Positions 38,763 to 51,866 of a stretch of 64,000 nucleotides of DNA are shown here, piece by piece. The stretch covers positions 62,001-126,000 of the forward strand of contig AP026123.1 of NCBI GenBank assembly GCA_030295235.1, written 5' to 3'. Below the pieces are notes generated by a model. It did no database searches and was not told the DNA's origin. It saw only the letters and a program-made list of their open reading frames with translations. Positions within the stretch are counted from its first letter, which is position 1; each line of letters opens with the position of its first letter. The position numbers and the translations under genes are program-made. This stretch comes from Fistulifera solaris (taxonomy: Eukaryota).

Positions 38763-38907
38763 CGAAACCTACTCAGTACTCAGTTTACATTAAGACAATA
38801 TTTAGTAAGTGACAAATGTAAATCGTACCAGGTAAATGGTTACTAGAGTTACTAGTTACTCCGTATTACGGACTACGTACTACGTAGTACTAGCCATGAC
38901 CCATGAC

Positions 38908-40306
38908 CAGGCCTCTTTATTTTGGTCAAGATACCAAAATAGTAGCTTTTTCGCCAAAATAGTCTTGAAAATATGACCAAAATAAGGTATTTTGGTTTTT
39001 TGGTCAAGTGATTGACCACTATTTCTGCTTAGCGAATATGTTGTTATCTAAATAGTTGTAATTGAATGGCTATCCTTTTTAATGCGCCGCAAATGTCTCT
39101 GTGCGATTGAATGTTTTGACACAGTTCTTTGCGTGCCATCCATCACATCACTCGACCTTCGCGCCCTTTCTCACGTCAAAAATGAGTGTGATCTGTTTGT
39201 CTATTTGAACATAGCACAACCGTTGTTTAGAAGAGAATTTCAATGATTTAAGTGAAATCAGGAGATTGAAATTGGAGGATGCTTGCGTGCTCGTGCCTGC
39301 TTGCTCGATTTTCCCCCACCAAATTTTCCGGGAGACTGCCATTATTCTCCAAGTTGTTTTGAATTGATCTTCCGCCATGAGGTTGATTGTTCTGGAAAAG
39401 GAAGAAGCAGAAGGATTCTATGGCTTCAAATGTCGTGGTTGGATGCGTACACCCTTGAAGTTACAGCCATGGAGGGCAACAAAATTGTCTGCGTGACATG
39501 CACATTCTCTCTCTAATGTGGACGCGATAAGCCGTCGCCCGAGTCCGTCGCCCAAGGCCTAAAGGGCAAGCACGGATGGCAAAAGCTTTTACCTGCGACG
39601 CTTCTAACATTGGCACGGTAGCTAGTTGATTAGTCACGCTCAGGGCCTACATCAGAATACATATGAGGAATAAAACAATTCGACGAAGAAAGAAAAGCCG
39701 GCGTGTTTTGGAAAAAGGATTAAAGCGAAAAAATCTTCGACTGTGAAATTCCAAAATGGCAGCGTTAGATTCACGAGTTGAGTCTCCTTCACTTCGTGGA
39801 GTTTGAGAAGCAGTTTCCTCCTGGTTGACATGCAGCCAAATGCCTGCCTTCTTTCGAATTCAACTGCACAGTGATGCAAACCGAGACTTCATCAGTGATA
39901 AGTTTGAGATTTTCTTGCAAAGTGCAGGCCTTGCATTGGAGCTTCTGAAGGATTATGGTAGCTTTGCAACGACGATGGCGGGAACTGCGTTTGTCTTGTT
40001 GGACTTCAAAGAATAAGTAAATCAGACAGTCAATCCAGTACTATGACAGACTTTACTTTGGAGTCTATCTTACAGTGAAACTAATTTGATAATCTCCTTG
40101 ACATGCTATAGAATTTGTGAGGTTTGCGATGATCTTATTAGTGATGTGATTGTGCAACACCCGTAATATTACGTGACGAGATTTCATGGTACATTTTCTA
40201 CGTAGGTCTACGTACAAAGCTAAAATAAACCAAAATAATATTGAAAATATGACCAAAATAGCCTATTTTGGTATTTTGGTCACGAAAGCCAAAATAAAGA
40301 GGCCTG
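38908..40306 (+). mobile_element. Internally deleted hAT transposon
   Basis: 18-bp TIR CAGGCCTCTTTATTTTGG (38908-38925 / 40289-40306); 8-bp TSD CCCATGAC (38900-38907 / 40307-40314); CCAAAATA subterminal repeats; degenerate transposase-like peptides (FATTMAGTAFVLLDF, MTDFTLESIL). Confidence 0.9.
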
Positions 40307-40399
40307 CCCATGACCTATGACGCTATGACCCAGTGTATGGTCTAAGACAACGATTGGAACGGCAAGGGGCAAGGCAAAATTCTTCATTCCGTCATGTTG

Positions 40400-40478
40400 C
40401 CGGAAAATGTGGTGGAATGATTTTTTCACGTTGCCAGAAAATGTGTGACAATGCTTTTCACATTGCCAGAAAATGTGT
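40400..40478. repeat. Three degenerate copies of the 33-bp minisatellite
   Basis: CC(A/G)GAAAATGTG at 40400, 40434, 40466. Confidence 0.75.
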
Positions 40479-41379
40479 GTGCTTTGGCGTCTTGTTTCTT
40501 GTGGGGCTTGGAAAGGCTACCATTACCATACTGGTATGGCTTTTGCATCAGGCATTTCTTTCGCATGGATCGAGTGCGAAGTTGGAGTTGAAGATGTCAC
40601 GGTTCTTTTGCAGCTTTGCAGCGAATTCTTCATGCGCCGCGCTACGCTATAATTGTCAGCAAGCCTTCTTTACCAATGGATCTCGTTCTCACACGGTAAA
40701 TGTTTTGCGCAAGCGATTTCAATAAAAGTGAAAGCCGCGGAACAAATGCTAAGTCCTCTTTTCAGGACTGCCCGATTTTCCCGCAATATCCAGAAAGTTG
40801 ACAAGGAACGCGAAGGCAACTATTTTATTTGTCGATGATACAATGTTTGTCTTTTGATATGCTGCTGATGATGCTGAATCATCTTGCCATTGCTTATCTC
40901 TAGTTTGCTCCTGAATCTCGTGGTCGCCCCGTCGCATGATTTATTTTCTGCTTCTAACACAAAATTGGGCAAATCGACGCACAAAAAGAAATTTCATGAT
41001 GCAAGAGGTTGAGCTAGATCAACGCAACTAAACAACGGCGAAGCAGATTGAGACAGAACTTGTCTCTGTGGTGAACGATTTTGTGCTCGTAAACGGCAGC
41101 TTACATTCATCTCGTTTCAAAAGATGCAAAGAAGTCGATTAACGGCGGGAAAGAGTTGCTCGGAAATGCGAAGCATTGTTTTGCTTTTGTTATCTGTGTT
41201 AATGGCCAACCAAAGGCTCGAATCAATGGCAGTGTTCCCATGACTTCAAAAAACGGTGTCGACCATGCAGCTCACAGCATAAGTGCGATAACTAAGATCA
41301 ACCGTGATGCAAAAGAAATAAAGGCGATGATTTTGAGTGGACGATTTCTGAGCTTAACTGCACATTGCAACAAGATCTG

Positions 41380-42160
41380 CATCCTTCAGACTGATTTCCA
41401 TTTTTCTGAATTCAGCGCTGGGTGTTTCCACGTCTCACTGTGGGGCTTGTTCCGGGGCGTCGTTTCTGTCTCCCCCTTTGGTCAATTTGCTGCTGGAGCA
41501 GCTTAAGCTTCTGCTTCGCTCGAATGCGTTCTAACGCTGCGTCTTTCACCGTGCCCTTTTCATTGACCCAGAAGCAATTCATTTCGCCTTTGCCTTTGAT
41601 CGACACCATTCCACGAGGTTTCAACGGGATTTCGGGCGCCTGTTCCCTCAAATACTTTGCTGCTTCCTCGCTGCAGTTGATGCGATTCATAGCCGAGTTG
41701 CTTTCCATTCGACTGGCGGTGTTGACGGTGTCACCGAACAAGCAATAATGTAGGTTTCGATTACCAACGACATTGGCCACGACTGGGCCCGAGTGAAACC
41801 CAACGCGTATATTCGCGGACTAGGGTCTCGTTGGCGACAGCGACGGCACGAATCGCAAACTCAGCAATGCGCTTGGCGTGGTCGTGTGTTTGTTTTGTGA
41901 CCAGATTTGTCACGGCCATGTATGCGTCTCCGATGGTCTCCACCTTGAAGATTTCCAACTCCTGGGGAAGGGTATCAAATTTATGATACAAACGATCGAG
42001 CATGTTTGCTACTTTCGATGGATCCATCCAAGCACTCATCTCTGTGTACCCAACAATGTCTGAGAAAAAGATTGTTACAACATCTTTGTGTTCGGGATCG
42101 ACCTTGCGACCGTCTCTTACGCTTCTGCAACATGCCGAGGAATGATGTCGAACAATGAGA
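41380..42160 (-). pseudogene. Truncated guanylate cyclase paralog (cyclase domain only)
   Basis: [24 protein letters not shown] present; internal deletion near 41815 removes the EDDPTKGHV segment; homology ends near 42160 with no kinase or ectodomain. Confidence 0.85.
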
Positions 42161-43126
42161 AGCGCCACGTTCAGCGAACACGTGTCGAGAGGTTCATCAA
42201 ATAAAAAGCGCTTATGCGTTTATGCCATTTAGACGCGAACAGGTCGAAAAGCATCGTCTATCAACTATACATCGGGATTTGTTTTTCGTCGAACAAAAGT
42301 TCGGCGCCTTATGAACTTGCTGGGTTATTTCACTGGGTATGGATACCAAGATTGAAGTGCGGTGTGTTGCGCTAGGTTTTGCACAGTGCAGGTTCATCAA
42401 GATTAATTACAAGATTCTATATGCAAGTGCAATACCATTCCAAATTTCGCGAAACATGATAATAGAGTCTATTGAGCGATGCAAAGAATGAATCGTAAAA
42501 ATAAAGGCAAACTTCAATGCGTCTCGTAAGTGGGATTATTTGAGACTCGAGAGGGCGACAGGCTATAGGAGACAAGCATGGGTCCTAAAACAATACTAGA
42601 GGGCCGCGATTCAGTACGTCTCTGACAACTGAGGCAATCTAACGTTTCCTGTGAAAAGTGTCTTTTGCTTCTTTCGCATAGTCTATCGAACAGAGGATTT
42701 TGTTGGAATTTTCATAAGTGGCAACCGGGCATAGTCACTTTCTGGTGTACAAGCAAACATCGTTCTTGTCTGGAATACACGTCGCTTCCTCAATTTCTGC
42801 TAAAACTCAACCTTTTGGTCATGTTCGGCGACAAAGATGTTGATATGCAGGCCTGCTACATACTATCGTTACCTGGTACCATTTCAATGCAGGAGTCGCT
42901 TCGCATGCTCTTCTAGACTGAATCGTGACAGGTCTGACGTTACGCAGCTGAAAGGGCTGCCACTTTGGCACATTTGTCGCATTAAAGGTTATATGTGTAT
43001 TTCAAAAAAATGATTAATGCTGCTATCCAAATGGTGGGTAACTGAAAGAGTATAATCAATTTAAGTGACGATATCAACGCCGAGGGTTCCCCCAGAAGCA
43101 GCAGATTTCACTTAGCTACAAACAAG

Positions 43127-46100
43127 CTAAAGGAAACTCATTGGACCCGGCTCGTACTTTTGTGCACGTCCCAATCGATCCTTAAGGTTGATCTCCATCT
43201 TGGTGAATTCTTGGCTGGGAGTTTCCTCGAGAAAGGTCGAGGCATTTCCCGCACCGACTGAAGTCTGTTGCGATTTGGGGCCCTGAATCAGGGCTTGTTC
43301 TGGATAATCGTTTCGGTCGCCCCACTGGTCAATTTCTTGCTGCAGTAGCTTAAGCTTCTGCTTCGCCCGAATGCGTTCCAATGCCGCGTCTTTCGCGGTG
43401 CCTTGCTCATTGACCCAGAAGCAATTCATCTCGCCTTTGCCTTTGATCGACACCATTCCACGTGGTTTAAGAGGAATCTCGGGAGCCTGTTCCTTCAAAT
43501 ACTTTGCTGCTTCCTCGCTGCAGTTAATACGATTCATAGCCGAATTGCTTTCCATTCGACTGGCGGTGTTGACAGCGTCACCAAATAAGCAATAACGTGG
43601 GTTTCGATTACCAACGACATCAGCCACGACCGGACCCGAGTGAAAACCGACACGAATGTTCACGTGCCCTTTCGTCGGGTCATCCTCATCAATCAGCGTC
43701 TCGTTGGCGACAGCGACGGCACGAATCGCAAATTGAGCAATCCGCTTGGCGTGGTCGTGTGTTTGCTTCGAAACAAGATTCGTCACGGCCATGTAAGCGT
43801 CTCCGATAGTTTCCACCTTGAAGATTTCCAACTCGTGAGAGAGCGTGTCAAATTTGTGATACAAACGATCGAGCATGTTTGCTACTTTCGATGGATCCAT
43901 CCGAGCACTCATCTCTGTGTACCCAACAATGTCTGAGAAAAAGATTGTTACAACATCTTTGTGTTCGGGCTCGACCTTGCGACCGTCTCTCAACGCCTCG
44001 GCGACATGCCGAGGAAAAATATCGAACAACGACACGTGCGAATTTTTCACGTTCGATGCAGCGGACGCCGTTAAAGCTGCTTCGGCATCTATGCGACGGA
44101 GACGCGTGTCGATCTCCTCAAACGTCGGACGCTTTTCTGGATCGTTATCCAGACAATCAGCCATGAGAGTCTTCAACGCGGCTGGCATGTGGCTGGGAGC
44201 AGGTGGCCGCTTTCGGATTAACGGATCAGCAACAGCCCTCAAGACATCTCTGGCTGGTTGGCCTTCGTACGGGTCTCTTCGTGCATAGACTTCGTACAAC
44301 ATGATACCAAAGGAATATACGTCTGTCTTGTCAGTGTTCTTCGACTCTCTTCGCAACAACTCCGGTGCCATCCAAAACGGGGTTCCCGTGCCGCCCATAT
44401 TCTTTTTCTGACTGAGACCGAAATCGGCAACTTTGGCACGGAAACGAGTATCGACCAGGATATTTGCCGCTTTGAGGTCGCCGTGGATGACTTTTGGTTC
44501 TGCGGAGTGCAAAAACGGACGCCTTGCGAGATGTCGCATAAAATTTGCAGCAGCAGATCTCCATCCAACACCATGGTTTCATTGTGGAGCAGGTCGTAAA
44601 GAGAACCATGATCCATGAACTCCATGACCAGCATGGGGTCTTCATCCTTTTCCATTACAGCGCCCATGACGGTCGTAATACAGGGATGTCGAAGACGACT
44701 CAAATACCGCATTTCCTCCACAAAGTCTTCTCGCAATTTGCGGTAGTTCTGGTAGTCCGAAGCAACGCTGTTTTTCCGATATTTCGTCAAGCCGGACAGA
44801 CTTCCAACATTGCTCCAAGACGTTGTCCCAGATTGTGTCCCAGAAATACTAGTGCCTGGACCCGAGCTTGTACCTGAATGGTCTTCCGTTGCATCACCTT
44901 TTGTACTACTGGGATCAATGCCAGCTAGAGCCTCGGAATCCACATCAAACAAACTCTTGCGAGCTGCATCGTTGGCTTTCCCAGATGAACTTTCTGAGCC
45001 ATTGTTCGGTTTCTTTATCTTTTTCTTCGGTGGAATGGCGCGCTTGACGGCGACTTTGGTACCGCGATATTCAGCCGACAGTACCAAACCGTATTGTCCG
45101 CGACCCAAAATCTCCGGTGGATCGGCAAAGTGTAACTCATGCTTCTGCACCCTCCAAACAGAGTCGTTTGATTTTCGCTTGTGTTCACGAATGAGACACC
45201 ACAACAGACTTGCCGCCAATAAGAGAAAAGCCGTTGCACCGCAAGCAACACCAATCAGCATACCTGTATTCTCATCAGGTGGTGGAGCTACATCGACAGG
45301 GAGATTTGGTGTGCCATCATTGAAAATGTATACGCCGCGACTTTCCCATTCAGAATCAACAAACACGTGAGTCAACACCGTATCGAATTTGTGGTCGCCT
45401 TCCGGTGCGCTAGCATCAGCGGGGACGGGGATGAAGTTTACGACGCGATAGAGAGCCGTCTCTGGCAATCGCGTACCGGTTAGCGGATCAAGCACAACCC
45501 GGCCGCTGATGCCTTCAAACTCTGTTTTCTTGAACTGCTCATAGTGCTGCGTGCCATTCAAAAACATGGATTTATTTTCATCATTCTCGAATGACTGGCA
45601 GGCGCTCAATCCCAATGCAATCGCCGCTTCATAAGCGAATGGCGCAAATCCGTTTGTGACGACTTGGTTCAAGAACGTCGGATCATCTGGCTGCACGAAA
45701 TCAGGTGGAGCCAAATCAGGACGAGGCCAAAGACCACGCAAGTAGTCCATATCAACTTCGTTGCGCATTTGGCTTAATTGAGCAATGAAGGTATCAAATT
45801 TTGGCATTCCACTAACACCTCCCGATAGTTCAAGTAGACCAACGCCGCTGAGTATAACATATAATGCCGCAGTTGTTAGTGGTGTTTGAACACAAACACA
45901 GCTCATCGAGTACAGAAAGCAAAGTACTCACCTGTATGCTAACGAGAGGGGCGAATCTTTTTCAAATGTGCGATCATCCAAGACACCAAGGAATGAATCT
46001 CCGAAAATCCAGTTGTGCAAGCCATTTCCAGCAACTCCCTGATTATAAGCTTCCGTCAAAAGCGCATCATGCATTTCGATGTCAAAGACCAAGCAAAACA

Positions 46101-46869
46101 CAAATCGGAACCCACTCCTTTTAATGCTCGCCACTGCAGCTTGAATGCTTGCTGCGTTTTCATCCACCGTAATTTGCTGAATGATTAGATCTGGTGTGTA
46201 CTCGACGGCTGCTTGTCGCATTCCGTCCACGTAGGAGTTTCCATACGGGTCGTTGATGTTGACTACAACTAAGGAAGTCATCTGCAATACATTTCGCAAA
46301 TACAGCACCAGCGGAACCGTGTTACCGGCATCGGAAGGTACGGTCCTTCCAAAGAGAGGGTACTGACTGCGGTCATCTAGATCCGTTGACGTGGAGGCTG
46401 AGCTGACTTGCGGATACCCTAGTAGGCCAGAGACAATCGCCATGGGCATGCTGACCGCACTGCGATATTCACCAATGAAAGCACAAGCTTTTCCGGATTG
46501 ATCTACGACGTGCTTCAAGGCGTTACCTCCCGAGTCAGCGCTATCTGCCGTCATCATAGTGAAGCGGATGGGACATTTCTCGTGCAAACCGGCAACCTGA
46601 GGAACAATACTTCCGTCTCCTGTATTCAAATGTTGAATAGCTAGTGCGATCGAAACAGCATCTTCGTACACTCCTCGAAAAGGAATATCGTCTCCTGTTG
46701 TAAAGGGCTCGACGAAGCTAAGAGGACAAATAGCGAAAGGCTTCCCTTCCTCGGAAACAAAGCGGTCGACGTTGCTGTTTTCCGGTCGATCGATAGTTGA
46801 GTTTGATAATTCGTAGAATGAATCATAATAACGAAGCGACCACAGCGTCCCTTTGTCAGTTTCAGCCAT
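43127..46869 (-). CDS. Receptor-type guanylate cyclase, copy 3
   Basis: Same architecture and intron position (~45848-45931); one frameshift near 44513. Confidence 0.92.
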
Positions 46870-47638
46870 GTTAGACGATGATGATTCTTGATTCTTGAGG
46901 TCGTAATTGTGCGTCAAAGCGTGAAGTCGAAAGGTCGACGAGACAATGAGGATAAAGTTGAAAGTTGAATGCGACGGATGTCAAATAATAATAATTGAAA
47001 TGCAAATCGATCGGGCGGAGTTTTTCGCAAGAGACAAAATACTAGGGTCTTTACTGTACGCCAAAAAAGACGGAGGTCGGAGATCCGAAATCCGAAGTCC
47101 GTGAACCGTGAATGAAGAATCATAAAGGGCCAAATACGATCTGTACTTATCAAACCACTCTCAAGAAGTATTGCCTGCGAATTCGAAAGACCGAAGACCG
47201 AGGCCAAGTGAATAGCAGTCTCTTTATGACCTACGACTGCATAGTAATTAGCGTTAGCGTAGCAACAGAAGACAAAGGGAGAAGGGCCTATCTTTTTTGT
47301 CGAGCGAGGAGCGAGCGGCAAATCACCAAAAGAGGGTACTGTGTACAGTAGCTGGCAATAGCCTTTCTCGAAATCGAGTCACGAGCCCCTAGCAAAAATC
47401 AGATCCGTGAGTCGTTAGTCATGCTGGAGCCTGGATCGTCCACAAAATTGCATTGCAACAAGGTAATTATTTACGGAGTATTAACTGGTTGAACTTGAAA
47501 TCACTGAGGCTACTAGATGTAATCAATTTTTACTTTCGATGTATTGCTAAAGAAAGGTGACATTAAACGAATCCTTAATTAACTCCATAGAATCCACTAA
47601 ACAATTGACACTTCGATCGTCCCAACAACAAAAAGCGC

Positions 47639-48917
47639 TCATCTTGGCGCGAAGAAACGACTCATCGGATCCTCTCCGAATTGCGAACAATGATTTAACA
47701 ATAACTCTGCTTCATCGATGGTAAGTTGACCACTTCGAAATGCCTCTAAAATCTCAGAAGAGGACAATGGCTGATCGCGACGCTCATTGAGATCGGATGG
47801 AAGAAAAAGACCACGCGCCGATGCAGACAGCCCCCGGTTGTCAGCCTGGAATCGGGGTATCGAATGTATATCCAGCGCCGGTGCCAGTGCTAATGCAGCT
47901 GCGGAGCTTGAAAGAAAATTATTGGATCGCAGTAGTGCGTCCGCCTGCATTTGAGAACGATTCTGTAAAACAGATGCAAGAAGGGCTTCTTCATTTTGTT
48001 GTGCCACGAGCTGCTGTGCCAGTAAACTTCGTCGTTCCGCCATCCTATTGTTCATGTTACTCGAAACAAGATCCGCAAGCTGATTGCGCTGTTGAAGAAG
48101 AAGACTTATAGGATCCGAAAGTGTGGCACCAAGAGAATGAAGTAGACTGTTTCTGTCCAGACCAGCGGCAGCAGAGTAAGAATTGAATGCAGTTGCCTCT
48201 CTTGCTGCCATCAAATGCGAAATAACGCCGTCTTGCGGAGCGCCTTGTGCTACAGTCGGTGACGTGGCTTTTGATTCCTCAATCATAATGTCCGGCGCTG
48301 CAGGAGCAGGGTTTACCGGATCAGCCTCTTGGACGCTTTTCTTCGATTGTTTTCGAGGTTTTTTAGCTGCAGGCTTTGTGTCTTTCGGGGGACTTAAAAG
48401 CTTGATGAGTTCCGGCTCAGCAGACTTGAAGAGGGAATGTTGATAGACGAAAGCATTGATCGGAAACTCGTCTTCCAGTATGACGCGCTCAAAGCCCCAG
48501 CGAAGTAGCCGGCGGAGAAAGGACTCAAAACGACAGTTTTGAAACTCTTTGGCGTTAAGTGATGTTTCATAGAACATTCGTGGCTCGATTCGAAAGCTTT
48601 GGCCGTTTTTACTCCAGTGAATCGCTTCGCGGTAATCTGGGTTGTTCAGCACTTCCCAGAGCTTTTCGATGAATGATGGGCTTTTCTCACTCGTTTTACG
48701 AGGGCGTTTTGCGGAACTGCGGTCATCTTTTGATGAGTGTTTTTCTGGAGCAATTGTTTCTTCGCCTGTCATGGGAGCAACAAAACGGGTGAGTTAAAGG
48801 GCTTTTCAAAGAATGTTGTAACTTTGCCGCAGACGAACCTTTGTCGGAAACCTCATTGCCCTTCTCCCTTGTAATTGATTCCTTCTGAATAGTTGCATCG
48901 ACATTGTTTGGTTCCAT
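47639..48917 (-). CDS. Heat-shock-factor-type transcription factor
   Basis: SFIEKLWEVL, AIHWSKNGQSF, FESFLRRLLRWGF, YQHSLF; probable first exon 48839-48917 joined in frame through intron 48766-48838. Confidence 0.88.
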
Positions 48918-50720
48918 TTTGCGAATAAGCATCGCTCGCTTGAATATCAATCGTTTCTGGGCTTCGATGTGCGTGAAATGGCAACTCGTTGGGCATAACT
49001 TACTTTCCTTCTTGTTCTAAAAACACGTTGTCCTTAACGTTAAAGCCATGGATGACCGTCTACAAACAAGCGAACAGCGAATAGGAGACATCTGACGTCT
49101 AAAGACTTTTGTCACGACATCTTCACGAATAAAAACAGGGAAAACCTTATTCTTCTGTACAGTTTTGACACTTGTTTCCACGTACTCTTCCCGTCTCAGA
49201 TTTCTGGTCACGTACCAAATGCCTGGAGATTGACAACGAGGGGGCTGTATGCTTTATCACGCGGGTCTTAAGTGGAAAGGCGAAGAGATGCTAAACGAAA
49301 GAGCTTTTGCTATAGTGGAAAAGTACGGATGGGAGGATTTTCATCAAAGAAAATTGGGAACTGTCGCCTCTCACGTGTTAGATGACTCATGACTCATGAC
49401 TGGAGGCTTGCGGTTCTTTTCAGGTACCGGTACGTAGTCTACTGTCGTGTATCAGTAAATTTCGACGGGGACGAAGTTGCTTGTGGCTTGTCTCTTGTCT
49501 CTTCTGGATCAAACCAGTGGAAAATTCAGTCAAATGTCGAAAAAGCATCCGCATTTCAGGAAAATTAGGAATAAATATGATCTCTCAAGCAGCCTGTGGC
49601 CTGTGACGAAGCAGGCCCAATTTCAGTTGCGCTTCTCGCTTCCCAATTCTGAGAAGCCGAAAGCCGAGAAGCGAGGTCAAGAAAAACAGAAAAACAGGAA
49701 AAACAGAGCAGGGAAATCGTTTGATCGTGGAGTGTCTGGTGTCGGATGATGAACAAAATAAAAGTCTTTACACTTTGAAGTTTGACGATCAATGACTGCA
49801 TAGGGAACACAAGTAAAGAGAATATCTTCTTCTTCTCTTTTGTAAAAAAGTACTCCATGTCGTATCCCCTATCCCCTCTGACAAATTTACTATAGTGTAC
49901 TGTAGAAGTAGACTAGCTATTCGCTAATTGCTAATTCGCTTTTCGCTTCCGTTATCAGTAATTGCTAATTTCACAAACAATAATAGCAAGTCCTTGTAGC
50001 AAGTAGTTCTCTTATGGCCAAAAGGTTTTTAGTGCTGTGGCATGTGGCATGTGGCATCTAAAGACCTCAGACCCTCTTTAATGAGAGAGACAAGGGAAGA
50101 ACTCTATCTATAGTAAGAAAGGTCAGCTATTGCGGTCCAGAATCCAGTTTTCTGCTATTGCAACGCGTTGCTCTGCTGCTCTCCTATTGGGCTTTGAGAG
50201 TCAACACTCTTGACTCTACCTGCTAGGAGTCTCTAGAGAGCTAACGCCCAAAATCAGTAAACTTAGCCTAATCTGACACCTAAATTTTTATTGGAAAATA
50301 TTAATCAAATTTTTCATCGACCACCATTCTCTTCCTAGTTGTTACACATTATTTGGACTGCGGACGCTAGGATTGCTCTGCCAATCCTGTACAGGTCCAC
50401 TCTAGAGTCTAAGGTGGCCAAGAGCCAAGAGAGAAAGGCGGTATCACACAAACTCCGAACGATCGATGAAATCCATTATCCGTACCTGGTACGGAGTCGT
50501 GCGCTTGATTACAAAATTACTCCGAAATAATTGCTAATTGATCAAAAACTTGAAGTTGCAAGGTATCGATTTTCATCCCTTGGATTACCACAAAAAATTT
50601 TTCTTGACCATTTATATAAGTCCGAATAAGCAACGATGTTACAGTCGATCTCTTCACTAATTACTGGTAGTTGGTTCTCAAATAGTTTTAATTGTTGTCA
50701 AGTGTTCAGAGGCGCCTCGT

Positions 50721-51866
50721 CTAATCCAGCGTAATATCCATCTTGACACCTTCCATGGTACCATCTTTGCTAGTATCTCGATTGACACACTTTCGATACA
50801 AATCTTGAAACGCGTTGAGGTTGTCCGTGGTGGTCAATGCGTCTAAGCGAGTCATGTCTTGCTCGGACAAAACAAAGTCAAAGACTTGCGCATTCTCAAT
50901 CATACGCGATTTCTTCACACTCTTTGGGATATAAACGAATCCTTTCTGAATACACCATCGTCCAAGTATTTGTGCCACGGTCTTGTTGGGGTAGTGACTC
51001 GCCACGTCTAGCAAGACGTGATTCTCCATTTGTTTGCCGTCCCGTAGACTTCGGTAAGACTGCATGACAACACCTTCCTCCTGAAACTTCTGTATAGTTT
51101 TCTTTCGATACAAAAACGGATTGATCTCGATCTGGTTGACAGCCGGAAGATCCGTAATGCCTGCTTCCTTTAACTCAAGATAATCTTCCCATGCGTAATT
51201 CGAGACGCCGACATTCTTGATTTTCCCCGCTGCTTTGAGTTCAATTAGCTTCTTGTAAGCCTCCACGTGATGCTGAGGGACCGGCCAATGAATGAGGTAC
51301 AGATCAAGATAGTCCGTTTGTAAATCTCGGAGTGTTTTTTCTAGCTGCGCTGCCACAGCATCGGGTCCTTTCTCAATCGTTGTCGTCCAGACTTTACTAA
51401 CAAGAAAAAGATCTTTGCGATTGACACCCGCATCTTGAATAGCCAAGCCAACTTGCTCTTCATTACCGTAAAATTCAGCGCATTCTAAAAGGCGATAACC
51501 TACATCTAAAGCATCCTTGACGCATTCTCGTGCGCTTCGTTGAGGAGCACTTTCTGTAGCCGCGGCGGTCGCAGATGCAGGGACGAAACCGACTTTGTAG
51601 GTCCCAAATCCGATTGCTGGATGGACCGTTCCATCGCGAAGTGAGAGAGAGGGACCTTCGATTGCGGAAGAGGACATACTTTGATAAAGTAGCCAATGTT
51701 GTCGCGTATACAAAGAATTGAGAGGAACACACGTCGATCTTTCAACGACTTTTCTTGCAATTGTAACTGTACGGCTGGGCGTCAACAATCCACGAACCAA
51801 AAGTAATCTCATAGAGAAAAGGAAAAGAAATAAAATCGATTTTTCAAAGCAAGGAGTTCTCTTCAT
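50721..51866 (-). CDS. Aldo-keto reductase with N-terminal targeting peptide
   Basis: PAIGFGTY, FYGNE, VSKVW, DLYLIHWP, GVSNY, NQIE, IPKS. Confidence 0.92.
   Translation of the reverse strand: MKRTPCFEKSILFLFLFSMRLLLVRGLLTPSRTVTIARKVVERSTCVPLNSLYTRQHWLLYQSMSSSAIEGPSLSLRDGTVHPAIGFGTYKVGFVPASATAAATESAPQRSARECVKDALDVGYRLLECAEFYGNEEQVGLAIQDAGVNRKDLFLVSKVWTTTIEKGPDAVAAQLEKTLRDLQTDYLDLYLIHWPVPQHHVEAYKKLIELKAAGKIKNVGVSNYAWEDYLELKEAGITDLPAVNQIEINPFLYRKKTIQKFQEEGVVMQSYRSLRDGKQMENHVLLDVASHYPNKTVAQILGRWCIQKGFVYIPKSVKKSRMIENAQVFDFVLSEQDMTRLDALTTTDNLNAFQDLYRKCVNRDTSKDGTMEGVKMDITLD

Noticed and set aside
36870..40306. Fanzor/TnpB or other RNA-guided nuclease inside the transposons
   Set aside because: No RuvC or zinc-finger motif set and no ORF long enough
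26760..45370. Plus-strand ORFs recurring opposite the cyclase genes
   Set aside because: Antisense shadows of the duplicated coding sequence
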